DNA from: a virus | Lineage: Duplodnaviria > Caudoviricetes | Length of the DNA: 58,484 nt | Strand: one strand, 5' to 3' | IMG/VR virus record: IMGVR_UViG_3300020185_003230 | Coordinates: 1 to 58,484 of that record | Shown: positions 40,818 through 49,643 of the stretch, in pieces | How the letters are laid out: the number at the start of each line of letters is the position of its first letter | Position numbering within the stretch: position 1 is the first letter of the stretch | Notes under the pieces: generated by a model | The model's input: only the letters and a program-made list of their open reading frames with translations | The model's database searches: none | What the model was told of the DNA's origin: nothing | Position numbers and translations under genes: made by a program

Positions 40818-41035
40818 TATTCTACCATGTTTTTTAAATCATCTGTAGAGATTTGTGAATCCTCTCCGTACCTTACAGTTGGTGGATTAGTTACGACTAG
40901 TCCCTCTTTTGAGTTCGCTAGTTCAAACCCCTTTAGGATTGGAACGATATCTAACTGATTCAGAAGAGACTCCTGTAGTGCCATCATAATAGCCCCTAGG
41001 GCTTGATTGGATAGTTTTTGTGTGTTCGTGCTCAT
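40817..41035 (-). CDS. Hypothetical protein (true start MSTNTQK)
   Basis: ATG at 41035 has a GAGG SD. The upstream in-frame extension looks like a remnant of another gene. Confidence 0.6.
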   Translation of the reverse strand: MSTNTQKLSNQALGAIMMALQESLLNQLDIVPILKGFELANSKEGLVVTNPPTVRYGEDSQISTDDLKNMVE

Positions 41036-41069
41036 CTTATGTCCTCTATTGTTTGTTGTGTTTCTGTCT

Positions 41070-41185
41070 TTTTGGTTGATTCTTAATATTATTTCATCAT
41101 AAAAGTTCCAAGCTAGAACCGCTACTTCATAATCGCCGCTAGTCGGCAGACTTTCTAGTGATTTAATTGGTATATTTAACTTTGG
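41070..41185 (-). pseudogene. Remnant C-terminus of an NDP-sugar C-methyltransferase
   Basis: PKLNIPIKSLE...VAVLAWNFYDEII matches the IPI...LAWNF.xEI end of C-methyltransferases; the N-terminal part is absent. Confidence 0.55.
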
Positions 41186-41591
41186 TATTATTTTCTCCTT
41201 TTTTAAAAAATTCCTCATTTAAGAAACATATTGTGGAATTCCAGTTTTCAAAACGATATCCCTTATCATCAATATAGATAAGGGCATGAGGCTTTCCCCA
41301 TACCACATCCTTAACGAACTTCTTAACTCCTCTTTCTTCGAGCCATTGATATATCAATTGAATACCTGTCTTAGAGTCCACCAGTGGGCGCTCAGGGTGG
41401 CATTTGCAACTATACAGTACTATGTCATACCCTTTGTGGAAAAGCGCTTCAATAGATTCTAGAGAGCCTTCAATCGGATCTCCATAAATAGTTCCGTCAT
41501 GATACCCCAAGTGATGGTTATGAATCACTCCGTCAAAATCTATTGCTATGACGTTAGCCTCATCAGATGTAAATTTGTTTTGATAACTCAA
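41163..41591 (-). CDS. Minimal HAD-superfamily phosphatase (capsule-biosynthesis type)
   Basis: IAIDFDGVI motif I, GKP and YIDDKG motifs III/IV. Confidence 0.8.
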   Translation of the reverse strand: MSYQNKFTSDEANVIAIDFDGVIHNHHLGYHDGTIYGDPIEGSLESIEALFHKGYDIVLYSCKCHPERPLVDSKTGIQLIYQWLEERGVKKFVKDVVWGKPHALIYIDDKGYRFENWNSTICFLNEEFFKKGENNTKVKYTN

Positions 41592-42304
41592 GGCGTGCCT
41601 CTCTCTTTGATCGCTCTTGTTCTATCTGACACTGCTTTGCTGGCGAAATTATAGTTAACTAAAGTTCTATCCAAAAAAGTTGTCTCAATTTTAAAGGCTT
41701 CTTCAAGTACTGATGGCATCTTTTTCTCATCCGAACACGCCTCCATTATAACCTTTCTTGTTTCAAACCTATCCAACAATCCTTTTTGGTGCATCTTAGA
41801 TACCCATGCAACACTATTGGTATTAACAGATCCGCCCATAGTAGTGATAAGATTGTATTTCTTAGCCACAGTAAGTGCCTTCTCTACTTGTTCCATTACA
41901 ATTTCTGAATCTACCACAGATTTCGACAGACCCATTGAAAGAGCCAAGTCTGTCCTACCTACAACAATACCATTGATTTTTTCATGGTTGTCACGCAGAA
42001 TTTCTTCTAAATTTTTGACTGCTGTTATTGTTTCGATATTTATATTTCTTTCATCATAATAGTTGCTCCAAGTATTAGTGGCATGGATAAACTTTTTAGC
42101 AGCAAAGTTACTTTCGATCATTGGAGCAACTATACACTTTGCTCCATAATTGATTGACTTCTCAATATCTGATTTTGCTTCACATCCTCCAATCTTAAAG
42201 GCTAGAGGAATGTTTCTTTCTTTTGAAATAGAGGATAAAATTTGCACTTCAAAATCTCTTAGCCCTTCGTCTTCAAAAGATCCTTTTAAAAATATAATAT
42301 TCAT
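41588..42304 (-). CDS. HpcH/HpaI aldolase/citrate lyase family protein
   Basis: KIGGCEA, IVAPMIES, INIETITA and GIVVGRTDL motifs. Confidence 0.8.
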   Translation of the reverse strand: MNIIFLKGSFEDEGLRDFEVQILSSISKERNIPLAFKIGGCEAKSDIEKSINYGAKCIVAPMIESNFAAKKFIHATNTWSNYYDERNINIETITAVKNLEEILRDNHEKINGIVVGRTDLALSMGLSKSVVDSEIVMEQVEKALTVAKKYNLITTMGGSVNTNSVAWVSKMHQKGLLDRFETRKVIMEACSDEKKMPSVLEEAFKIETTFLDRTLVNYNFASKAVSDRTRAIKERGTP

Positions 42305-42307
42305 TTT

Positions 42308-43039
42308 TTACTCCTTATTGGCAAATTTGCTTTTTAAAAATTCTAGCTGCCATGTGTCATCAATTTCCATACACGTTTCCTGAATATATGGATAAACGTT
42401 TTCTCCTAGCCACTGATATGGGAGTTTACCTGTTTTTGAGAATATATTTCTTCTTCTAGTTAACCAAAAAGATCCATTAAAAAAATATATATCACCGGCG
42501 CTTCCTTTGTCGTTTATTAGGTTACTTCTTTTATTTTCTAGAATTTCTTTTTCATCTAAAAAAGTTTCAACTTTGTTATCGATTATCTTCATTGCCCTAA
42601 ATGGGTTAAACATATTAAATTTAGAAACACTTTCTACGCTATCAATACTTGGGTTTTCTTTAATGATTTTGTATGCATTAGATATATCTTCTGATTTCAT
42701 TCCACAAGAATTTCCTAATAGTACCAAAATTAAGTCTACTTTATTTTTAGTTTGTTTTTCTATTTCTAAAATAGCGTGTTTCATGACTTCCTTATGGCTT
42801 GAATAATCAAGACATAAGTTTTTAGGTCGATCTATTATTTGAACCTTACTAGACATATTGTAGTTTTTAATATAATCACAATCTGTTGAAATAAAAATTT
42901 TCTTTATTAATTGATTTTTTTCACATTCTGAAACATTGTGATAAAAGAGTGGTTTTTTATCAATAATTTTAATATTCTTATTTGGAACTGACTTACTTCC
43001 GGCACGTGCAGTTTGCAGGGCAAATATTTTCACTCTCAC
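42308..43039 (-). CDS. CMP-nonulosonate/acylneuraminate cytidylyltransferase (NeuA-like)
   Basis: ARAGSKSVPNKN, ISTD, IDRP, NGS and EIDD motifs. Confidence 0.85.
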   Translation of the reverse strand: MRVKIFALQTARAGSKSVPNKNIKIIDKKPLFYHNVSECEKNQLIKKIFISTDCDYIKNYNMSSKVQIIDRPKNLCLDYSSHKEVMKHAILEIEKQTKNKVDLILVLLGNSCGMKSEDISNAYKIIKENPSIDSVESVSKFNMFNPFRAMKIIDNKVETFLDEKEILENKRSNLINDKGSAGDIYFFNGSFWLTRRRNIFSKTGKLPYQWLGENVYPYIQETCMEIDDTWQLEFLKSKFANKE

Positions 43040-43119
43040 TCCTTAAGGGATAGATCTCTTGCGAGATCAAAATTAATATTAAAATCACTAATGCTCATAG
43101 CAACTACATCTTGTTTCAT
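43036..43119 (-). CDS. 27-aa mini-ORF, possible deletion remnant
   Basis: MKQDVVAMSISDFNINFDLARDLSLKE*, with ATGA overlap upstream and GTGA overlap downstream. Confidence 0.35.
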   Translation of the reverse strand: MKQDVVAMSISDFNINFDLARDLSLKE

Positions 43120-43898
43120 AATCTAAACCTGTTAACGTTTTGATGAATATAACACTGCTCTGAGTCATAGCAACTTAAGTTTATTTCATTTTTTATGAAT
43201 AGATTATTAAAGTCATTTGATAGTATAATCGAATTTATTATCTCGTCAGAGTCTGGTTGTTCTGCGGGATTTTGAAAACTAAACCTATTACTCTCTGAGT
43301 AAAAGTGTTTAATGTAGGATCGATCATTCGGATCTTTATAATCCCATCCGATTGTTTTTATGTTTTTAAATCCCAAATGCAATAAAAAATAAAACACTGT
43401 TTCGTACATAATCCCAGGACCCCAGCATCTTGTTTGCCCAGTTTTATTAAAAGTCCAATCTTCTAAGTTTCTAGTCACAGTTAGTGGGAATCCATTATTT
43501 ACCCCCCTCACAACTTGAACATTGATGTCATAGTTGAGTCCTCTTACTGTACTATTCATTTGATTTTCGGTAAGGAAATCAGCTTGTGCAATATGTATGC
43601 AACCATTTGATTGTTTATAGGGCATTAAGTTATTGCTATTATATACTTGAAAGTTACTTAATTTTTCACATAGTTTATGCGCAGCCTTTATCGTCAAAAC
43701 ATAATTATTACCAAGCTCTTCTATCAATTTAACACGACCTTCTCCGGCTAATGCCTCCCCAATAGAAGGTCCGCAACCAAGAACATAACATGTTTCTCCT
43801 AAAAACTTGTTATGAAGAAATTGAATAGCCTCTTTATGAGAAGATATTAACTTAGAAGTTTGAAATATCTCTACACCTTCTTTTGATAAATTAATCAT
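43116..43898 (-). CDS. Maf/DUF115-like (GT29/MptE-like fold) putative ulosonic-acid transferase
   Basis: CYVLGCGPS...LGFKNIKTIGWD...HFY motif set. Confidence 0.7.
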   Translation of the reverse strand: MINLSKEGVEIFQTSKLISSHKEAIQFLHNKFLGETCYVLGCGPSIGEALAGEGRVKLIEELGNNYVLTIKAAHKLCEKLSNFQVYNSNNLMPYKQSNGCIHIAQADFLTENQMNSTVRGLNYDINVQVVRGVNNGFPLTVTRNLEDWTFNKTGQTRCWGPGIMYETVFYFLLHLGFKNIKTIGWDYKDPNDRSYIKHFYSESNRFSFQNPAEQPDSDEIINSIILSNDFNNLFIKNEINLSCYDSEQCYIHQNVNRFRL

Positions 43899-43907
43899 AT
43901 TAAATAT

Positions 43908-44891
43908 CTATTCCCTTTTTACGCCTCTCAGATCCTCTTCGAACATCATAGCGGCTAATTCTTTAAATGAAACTTTTGGCTGCCAGTTGAGAATTCTTTT
44001 TGCTTTCGATGGGTCTCCCCAGAGCTTAGGAACTTCGCATGGTCGATAAAACTTTGAATCTATTATAACATGGTCTTCTACATTAAGTTCAGCATAATCG
44101 AACACATAATTTAAAAAATCTTGTACTGAGTTAGTTTCGCCTGTCGCCACAACATAATCATCAGGCTCTGAATGGTGTAGCATCTTGTGCATCACCTCAA
44201 CATAGTCTCCAGCAAAGCCCCAGTCTCTCTGGGCTTCGAGATTTCCAAGCCTGAGTTCGTCTTGAAGACCCATTTTTATTCTTGCTGCAGCCTTTGTAAT
44301 CTTCCTCGTAACAAAGTTTTCCCCACGTCGTGGCGACTCGTGGTTAAACAGGATCCCAGAGCATGCAAAAATGTTATATGACTTTCGATATGTCCCCACC
44401 ATATGGTGTGCTGCAAGTTTGGCGCAAGCATAAGGAGATACCGGAGAAAAGTGAGTATTTTCGTTTTGTGGGCACTTGACATTATCTCCAAACATCTCAC
44501 TAGTTGAAGCTTGGTAGAATTTAATCTTTGGATCAAGCAAGCGTATTGTCTCTAGAAGATTTAAACAACCATTTAGATTAATCTCTGATGTCGACACTGG
44601 AGATTTAAAAGAAGTGCCCACGTGGGATTGTGCAGCGAGGTTGTATATTTCTTGTGGTCGATATTCGTCGACGATACGCTGCAATGACGGAAGATCTGTG
44701 ACATCTCCTTGTTCGATTATTAGCCTTTCATTATTTAAGAGATGACCGATGTTTTTCATTTTATGTTTTGAGTCGCATACAGTTCTGCGCTCAAGTCCGA
44801 TGACGGTATAATCACGGTCTAGTAGCAACTCTGCTAAATAGGAACCATCTTGTCCAGAGATACCAGTCACAAATGCTTTCTTTTCCATCAT
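43908..44891 (-). CDS. gmd: GDP-mannose 4,6-dehydratase
   Basis: TGISGQDGSYLAE, YNLAAQSHV, YQASTSEMFG, SPYACAK, GILFNHESPRRG and RDWG. Start reassigned to the ATG overlapping the upstream stop. Confidence 0.95.
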   Translation of the reverse strand: MMEKKAFVTGISGQDGSYLAELLLDRDYTVIGLERRTVCDSKHKMKNIGHLLNNERLIIEQGDVTDLPSLQRIVDEYRPQEIYNLAAQSHVGTSFKSPVSTSEINLNGCLNLLETIRLLDPKIKFYQASTSEMFGDNVKCPQNENTHFSPVSPYACAKLAAHHMVGTYRKSYNIFACSGILFNHESPRRGENFVTRKITKAAARIKMGLQDELRLGNLEAQRDWGFAGDYVEVMHKMLHHSEPDDYVVATGETNSVQDFLNYVFDYAELNVEDHVIIDSKFYRPCEVPKLWGDPSKAKRILNWQPKVSFKELAAMMFEEDLRGVKRE

Positions 44892-46294
44892 GATATTCCT
44901 ATAGCTTCTTTCATTATGTTTGTTGTATTTTCGATCGAAAGATAGCTGCTGCAATATTCGTAGCTTTCCTTACCGAGTTTCGAAAAGTTATCTGGAGAGT
45001 CTTTATATAAGTTATAGCAGCTTCTCATTTGTTCTCTAGTTGATCTAATGCTGCATTCAACATAATTTTGTTCAAATGAATATAACCCAGGAGAGTTTGG
45101 CATCCCAAAGCAGGGTTCATATGAACTTTCAATATAAAATGAATTAGGGTGACAAAAGTCTAAATGTCCGCCTTTGTCTGGAACTATTACTGGCTTTTCG
45201 AAGTGTAGAAATTCAGCAATCGGCAATCCAAACCCCTCTCCGCGTGTAGTAGTAACATATGCATCAGAGTTTTGATAAATCGAGTTAATCTGCTCTTTGC
45301 TCATTATACTAGAAAGTATAACTATTTTACACCTATAGTTAGGAATGACTTTACCATTATGTTGTATTGTCGACTTAATACCGTCAATTATCTGTGCGAA
45401 ATACTTATTCTGCGCTTCAGTCGTTTCTTCTATTGAGGCATAAGTTTTTAGAAATAAAGTAACGTCTTCTTTATAAAACTCCATCAAATATGATTTGATA
45501 AGTATGTCAAACCCTTTACGATGACTCCATTGTGCAACTGAGCACATAGCAAAATTTTCTTTTTTGATCTCTCTAAGTTTTTGCCCTAACTCTACATTGT
45601 AATCTGTTTTTGGAGATATGGTGTACGGTACAGTTACCCCTGAGACCTCGATACTTGAGTCATCTAAAGTATTCTTGTTCCATTCACAGGCGCACAAAAC
45701 ATTTTCTATGTTTGGTGTATGTTTATATCCCTTGATGCATAGATCTGGTACCTTATCTGTTTCCCATACAAAGCAAGGATATACCCTAGATGCCTGGAGG
45801 GTTATCCCGTATATATTAATCAATAGGCGATCGCCTAACTTAAAAAGTACTTTATTTTCTCTATTCTGTCGATCACTTATAGGCAGTAAATCCTCTACAG
45901 GGAAAGAACCATCTTCTGAATCCCACGGTGAGGCTAGCCAAGCGTTTATGAGAAAATAAACTAACTCATACCCCTCTTCAATAAATTTAAGACTGTCTTC
46001 GCTAAGCTCGACATTGTTGGAAGCTATGGACTCATCAATATCCATATTAGTAATATAGAGCCTACTCAATAGATTCTTAGCGGATAACTTTTGAAATATT
46101 TCTGGATCTATATCTGTTCCAATTTGATTCCCATCTACATCTTCCCTTGTGACTGATTCACATGAAAAATTAACAATCTTTAGATTTATTAATCCCTGTT
46201 CCTCAAGCTTCAGAAGAGATTTAAAATAAGAGCGGGCGGCAGATCCATATCCAGAAATATCAGTCAACTGTCCGATTAGTAGGACGTTTTTCAT
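44888..46294 (-). CDS. Glycosyltransferase, GT4/GT-B family
   Basis: SGYG N-terminus, WET, RKG and GEGFGLPIAE (Ex7E) motifs. Confidence 0.9.
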   Translation of the reverse strand: MKNVLLIGQLTDISGYGSAARSYFKSLLKLEEQGLINLKIVNFSCESVTREDVDGNQIGTDIDPEIFQKLSAKNLLSRLYITNMDIDESIASNNVELSEDSLKFIEEGYELVYFLINAWLASPWDSEDGSFPVEDLLPISDRQNRENKVLFKLGDRLLINIYGITLQASRVYPCFVWETDKVPDLCIKGYKHTPNIENVLCACEWNKNTLDDSSIEVSGVTVPYTISPKTDYNVELGQKLREIKKENFAMCSVAQWSHRKGFDILIKSYLMEFYKEDVTLFLKTYASIEETTEAQNKYFAQIIDGIKSTIQHNGKVIPNYRCKIVILSSIMSKEQINSIYQNSDAYVTTTRGEGFGLPIAEFLHFEKPVIVPDKGGHLDFCHPNSFYIESSYEPCFGMPNSPGLYSFEQNYVECSIRSTREQMRSCYNLYKDSPDNFSKLGKESYEYCSSYLSIENTTNIMKEAIGIS

Positions 46295-47520
46295 AGTATA
46301 GCTAATCCATCGCTAATGTCTTGTTGCATGGGGTTGCAAGCTTCTTCTACTTGACGCACAAAATTTGCATACATCTTTTCTTCACTGAATCGTTCTTTTA
46401 ACTCTTCTTTGTATACAAGGGCATCATCGCTTGTCTCTCTTTGATCATAACATAATCTCATCTTCTCTTTTGCAGAAGACTCTCTCGGGTATGCCCACAT
46501 AGACTGTTCTACAAGAACACCGGACCATACAACCTCTTTCTGCACGTGTTGTAGGTCGTAGGAGACATTATAAAACCGATCCTTGCCACTCTCATCAACC
46601 AAAAAATCTAACTGCCCTGACCACCCTGTAGCCACGACTGGAAGACCGCTGTATGCAGCTTCAAACATTGGAAGACCGAAGCCCTCACCGTGGGCTAGGT
46701 TGATAAGACCAAAGATTTGCGGGTGACTGTAGAGTGCATGCACTTCTTCATCTGACATGTCGCCGTGAATCAAGTGAATCTTACACTTCTTTTCTCCAAG
46801 CTTCCCTACGAACTCTGCAAGTTGTGACGCAAGATTCTGCCTATCTATCAAACAGTTCTTTGCAATGTTTCCCTTAATCACCAATCCAACTTCTTCGTTT
46901 CTGAACTCTTCAATAAACCATTTAATTGTGTTCATTAGATTCTTTCTTGGGGAAAACTGAGCTACACACAAGAAGTTATTATCATAAGGCAGCTTAATAC
47001 CCAGGTCAGGCAAATCATCGCCATAATCTTTAACTGGATAGTTTGCGTGTTCTACCGGAATAGTTAAAGTAAGTTTTACCGGCGTTCCGGCAGGATCAGT
47101 TGCTTCCCAAGAAGTATCCTTAAATACATTTGCTGAGTGACTGGATACGACAATCAGAGAATTAATCTGGTTGCTGATCTGCAACCACTCGTGGGCAACC
47201 TTTGTAGTCTCTATACCGGCTGTATATCCGATATTGACTGCTGCTAGATTTTGAAACTCGTTTGGTATAGTAGATTGTACGGAAACGTCAAAGCGACCTT
47301 TAGATTGAATATAAGCAATCGTCTCTTCAATTTTCTTATCCATCCAGGCGCGTTCTTCATCGTTCTCAATCATCCATCCATTTTGTCCCCAAGTAGTGGG
47401 TTGGATATAGATGTCATATAAGTCCTCGCGACTTCGCAAGGACCTCAAGGCAAACCTAGTCTGCTCTCCATAGCCGGAACGTGTAAGGACTGGTCCTTTT
47501 AATAATACTGACTTCTTCAT
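46291..47520 (-). CDS. Glycosyltransferase, GT4/GT-B family
   Basis: RSGYG, RKN and GEGFGLPMFEAA motifs. Start reassigned to ATG 47520 (GGAGG SD). Confidence 0.9.
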   Translation of the reverse strand: MKKSVLLKGPVLTRSGYGEQTRFALRSLRSREDLYDIYIQPTTWGQNGWMIENDEERAWMDKKIEETIAYIQSKGRFDVSVQSTIPNEFQNLAAVNIGYTAGIETTKVAHEWLQISNQINSLIVVSSHSANVFKDTSWEATDPAGTPVKLTLTIPVEHANYPVKDYGDDLPDLGIKLPYDNNFLCVAQFSPRKNLMNTIKWFIEEFRNEEVGLVIKGNIAKNCLIDRQNLASQLAEFVGKLGEKKCKIHLIHGDMSDEEVHALYSHPQIFGLINLAHGEGFGLPMFEAAYSGLPVVATGWSGQLDFLVDESGKDRFYNVSYDLQHVQKEVVWSGVLVEQSMWAYPRESSAKEKMRLCYDQRETSDDALVYKEELKERFSEEKMYANFVRQVEEACNPMQQDISDGLAIL

Positions 47521-47521
47521 T

Positions 47522-48805
47522 TTATGCCACCTCCAGCAAATGCCATCGTTTATAACCGACCCTAGTCTCCCAAGAGCCATGCTTTTCAATAACCTCATCC
47601 ATTGTCTCTACCCATCGACTCTCATACTCTTCAAAATTATAGTTGTCTTTAACGTGCTGCATACCTGCTTTCGACATTGTATTATACTTTGCCTTGGGTA
47701 GCTTGATTGCTTTTTCTAGAGTTTTCGTAAAATCAGCTTGATTAATTCTGTCTTCATAAATATAAGGCACCTGAAGCGAACCAATAACTGACTTCGAAGA
47801 TGGTTGAATTCCCCACCCAAACCAGTTCTTTCCATCAGTTACTTGCTCTTGGAGTCCACCAGTCATATTAACAATGATTGGAGTACCGCATGATAGCGAC
47901 TCTAGTGTTCCTAGACCGAAACCTTCAGCATCAGAAATATTAATTGTAAAATCAGCTGCGTTATACATAAGAGCTAAGTCTTCCGCCGACACCTTCTCTG
48001 TTGATAGCAGAACCTGCCCATCATTTATACCTAAGTGCTTAATAATTGCCGGCAAATCTTGACCGTGTGGATCACGAGCATCAGTGTGCATCAATAGCGA
48101 TGCTTTGTCGTGACCAACTTTATCTAGAAACTCCTTGAACCACCAAATAAGTGTTCCAGATTGCTTACGTCGAGCGTTCCTGTTATTCCAAAAGAAGACT
48201 TTCTTTTTCGGGTTCTGGTACTTATCGCTTGATGAAGTAATCTTTGTTCTGAGTGCTTCAATCTTCTGCTTACTCTCAGCATCAGTATACTTCTTGAAGT
48301 GCTCTTGGTGTACTGCATGCGGCAAATATCGACTAGATGTCTCTGGTGCAACCTTCTTTAAAATTTCGTGCGTTACTTTGGAAATGCATACAACTTCGTC
48401 TGTTGAGTTATAGAACCTAGCATTGAACTCTGGGGCAGGGTAGTTGTCCCAAACATGATAGTATACCAGCGGTGCGTGCGGGCGAACTTCGTTTTCCATC
48501 TCCCAGAGCCACTCGTAAAAACGAGGGTCAGTCATAAACCACACTGCATCAGGTCGCTCTTTTTGCATGACTGAACGAATAAGCTCTGGCGTTCCATAAC
48601 CGTCAATAGGATATATGATCCAGTCAGTTCCATATGGATCAACCTTCACTGGGTTGTAAGCTTGGTGCTTGACTGCTCCACCCATGCAAATAAACTTATA
48701 GCGCCCTGTTTTAAGGAGCGCCTCAATCATATACTTTGTTTGAGTGCCAACACCAGATGGCGAAAGCGGGTGGTCAGACAGGACCAAAATCTTCTTTTTA
48801 CTCAT
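47522..48805 (-). CDS. Glycosyltransferase, GT4/GT-B family
   Basis: SDHPLSPSGVG, NRNARRK and AEGFGLGTLESLSCG motifs. Confidence 0.9.
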   Translation of the reverse strand: MSKKKILVLSDHPLSPSGVGTQTKYMIEALLKTGRYKFICMGGAVKHQAYNPVKVDPYGTDWIIYPIDGYGTPELIRSVMQKERPDAVWFMTDPRFYEWLWEMENEVRPHAPLVYYHVWDNYPAPEFNARFYNSTDEVVCISKVTHEILKKVAPETSSRYLPHAVHQEHFKKYTDAESKQKIEALRTKITSSSDKYQNPKKKVFFWNNRNARRKQSGTLIWWFKEFLDKVGHDKASLLMHTDARDPHGQDLPAIIKHLGINDGQVLLSTEKVSAEDLALMYNAADFTINISDAEGFGLGTLESLSCGTPIIVNMTGGLQEQVTDGKNWFGWGIQPSSKSVIGSLQVPYIYEDRINQADFTKTLEKAIKLPKAKYNTMSKAGMQHVKDNYNFEEYESRWVETMDEVIEKHGSWETRVGYKRWHLLEVA

Positions 48806-48812
48806 TTATTCC

Positions 48813-49583
48813 TCATGAACAGTGTTTTGTATTATAAAACTTGCATCCAAATCCGGAAGTACAAGATAAGCGATTCTTAATGTAGCGCTTGTTTTTTATA
48901 TTATACAGTGCAGTGTTCAAAGTTTTAAGCGCATTTTCAGTTTTTCTATTACCGCTTGTTACTCTAAAAAATTCAACACGATTTTTCTTAGCAGTGCGCT
49001 TGAGTAGTGCAAAGTGTGTTTCTACTTCTTTTGGATCGATGTTCAGCTTCTGACAGAAGAATTTCTTGTACAAAGTAAGTTGGTATGTTACCATCTTATC
49101 TGAACGCTTTCTAGAATCCCAACCCCAAGAACAAGTCTTCCAATCAAAAATATGCACTTTATTGTCGGGAGTCTTCACAATAGCGTCGATATATCCTTTG
49201 AACTTATACTCATCTTCTCCTTCGATTGGCTCCATCAATGGAAGCTCAACCGCAAGAACCTCATACTCTTCAAAATAATCATCAAGAGCATCTTGGATCT
49301 CAGGGATAATTTGATTTCCCTGTGTTTTCATATTTGAGATGAGCTTACTATCAACCTCTACGTCATCCGGCAGCTTGACAATATTCTTTTCGAACTCTTC
49401 GATAAAGAAATTCTCACTCATTTCTTCTTGCAGTAGTTTCTTCTCACACACAGAGTGAATTGCAGAACCAAACGCGGTATAGGCATTACCCTTGAAACCA
49501 TCGATGCCATCGACTCTCGTCAATTTGTGGTAGTGCGCGCAATGCACCCAATCTTTAAGTTCAGAATAAGAGATGTGTGGCAC
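48813..49583 (-). CDS. PD-(D/E)XK exonuclease (Cas4/RecB-like, likely Fe-S)
   Basis: ISYS...C...GSAIH...E...GYIDAI...DWKT...QL..Y plus three C-terminal Cys. Probable GTG start with GGAG SD. Confidence 0.85.
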   Translation of the reverse strand: MPHISYSELKDWVHCAHYHKLTRVDGIDGFKGNAYTAFGSAIHSVCEKKLLQEEMSENFFIEEFEKNIVKLPDDVEVDSKLISNMKTQGNQIIPEIQDALDDYFEEYEVLAVELPLMEPIEGEDEYKFKGYIDAIVKTPDNKVHIFDWKTCSWGWDSRKRSDKMVTYQLTLYKKFFCQKLNIDPKEVETHFALLKRTAKKNRVEFFRVTSGNRKTENALKTLNTALYNIKNKRYIKNRLSCTSGFGCKFYNTKHCS

Positions 49584-49614
49584 AAGAGGCTCCAACTATG
49601 AGTGTTTATATACT

Positions 49615-49643
49615 AATATAACACTTCCATACTCAGTTGTCAA
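49615..49643 (-). promoter_or_regulatory. sigma70-type promoter heading the nuclease-GT operon
   Basis: TTGACA (49643-49638), 17 nt spacer, TATATT (49620-49615) with extended TGn. Confidence 0.75.

Noticed and set aside
40817-41218. 133-aa ORF as a single real protein
   Set aside because: The N-terminal part overlaps the HAD gene and looks like a methyltransferase remnant; the internal ATG at 41035 has its own SD.
48813-49583. CRISPR-Cas system suggested by the Cas4-like nuclease
   Set aside because: No repeat-spacer array or other cas genes seen; stand-alone PD-(D/E)XK nucleases are common in phages.
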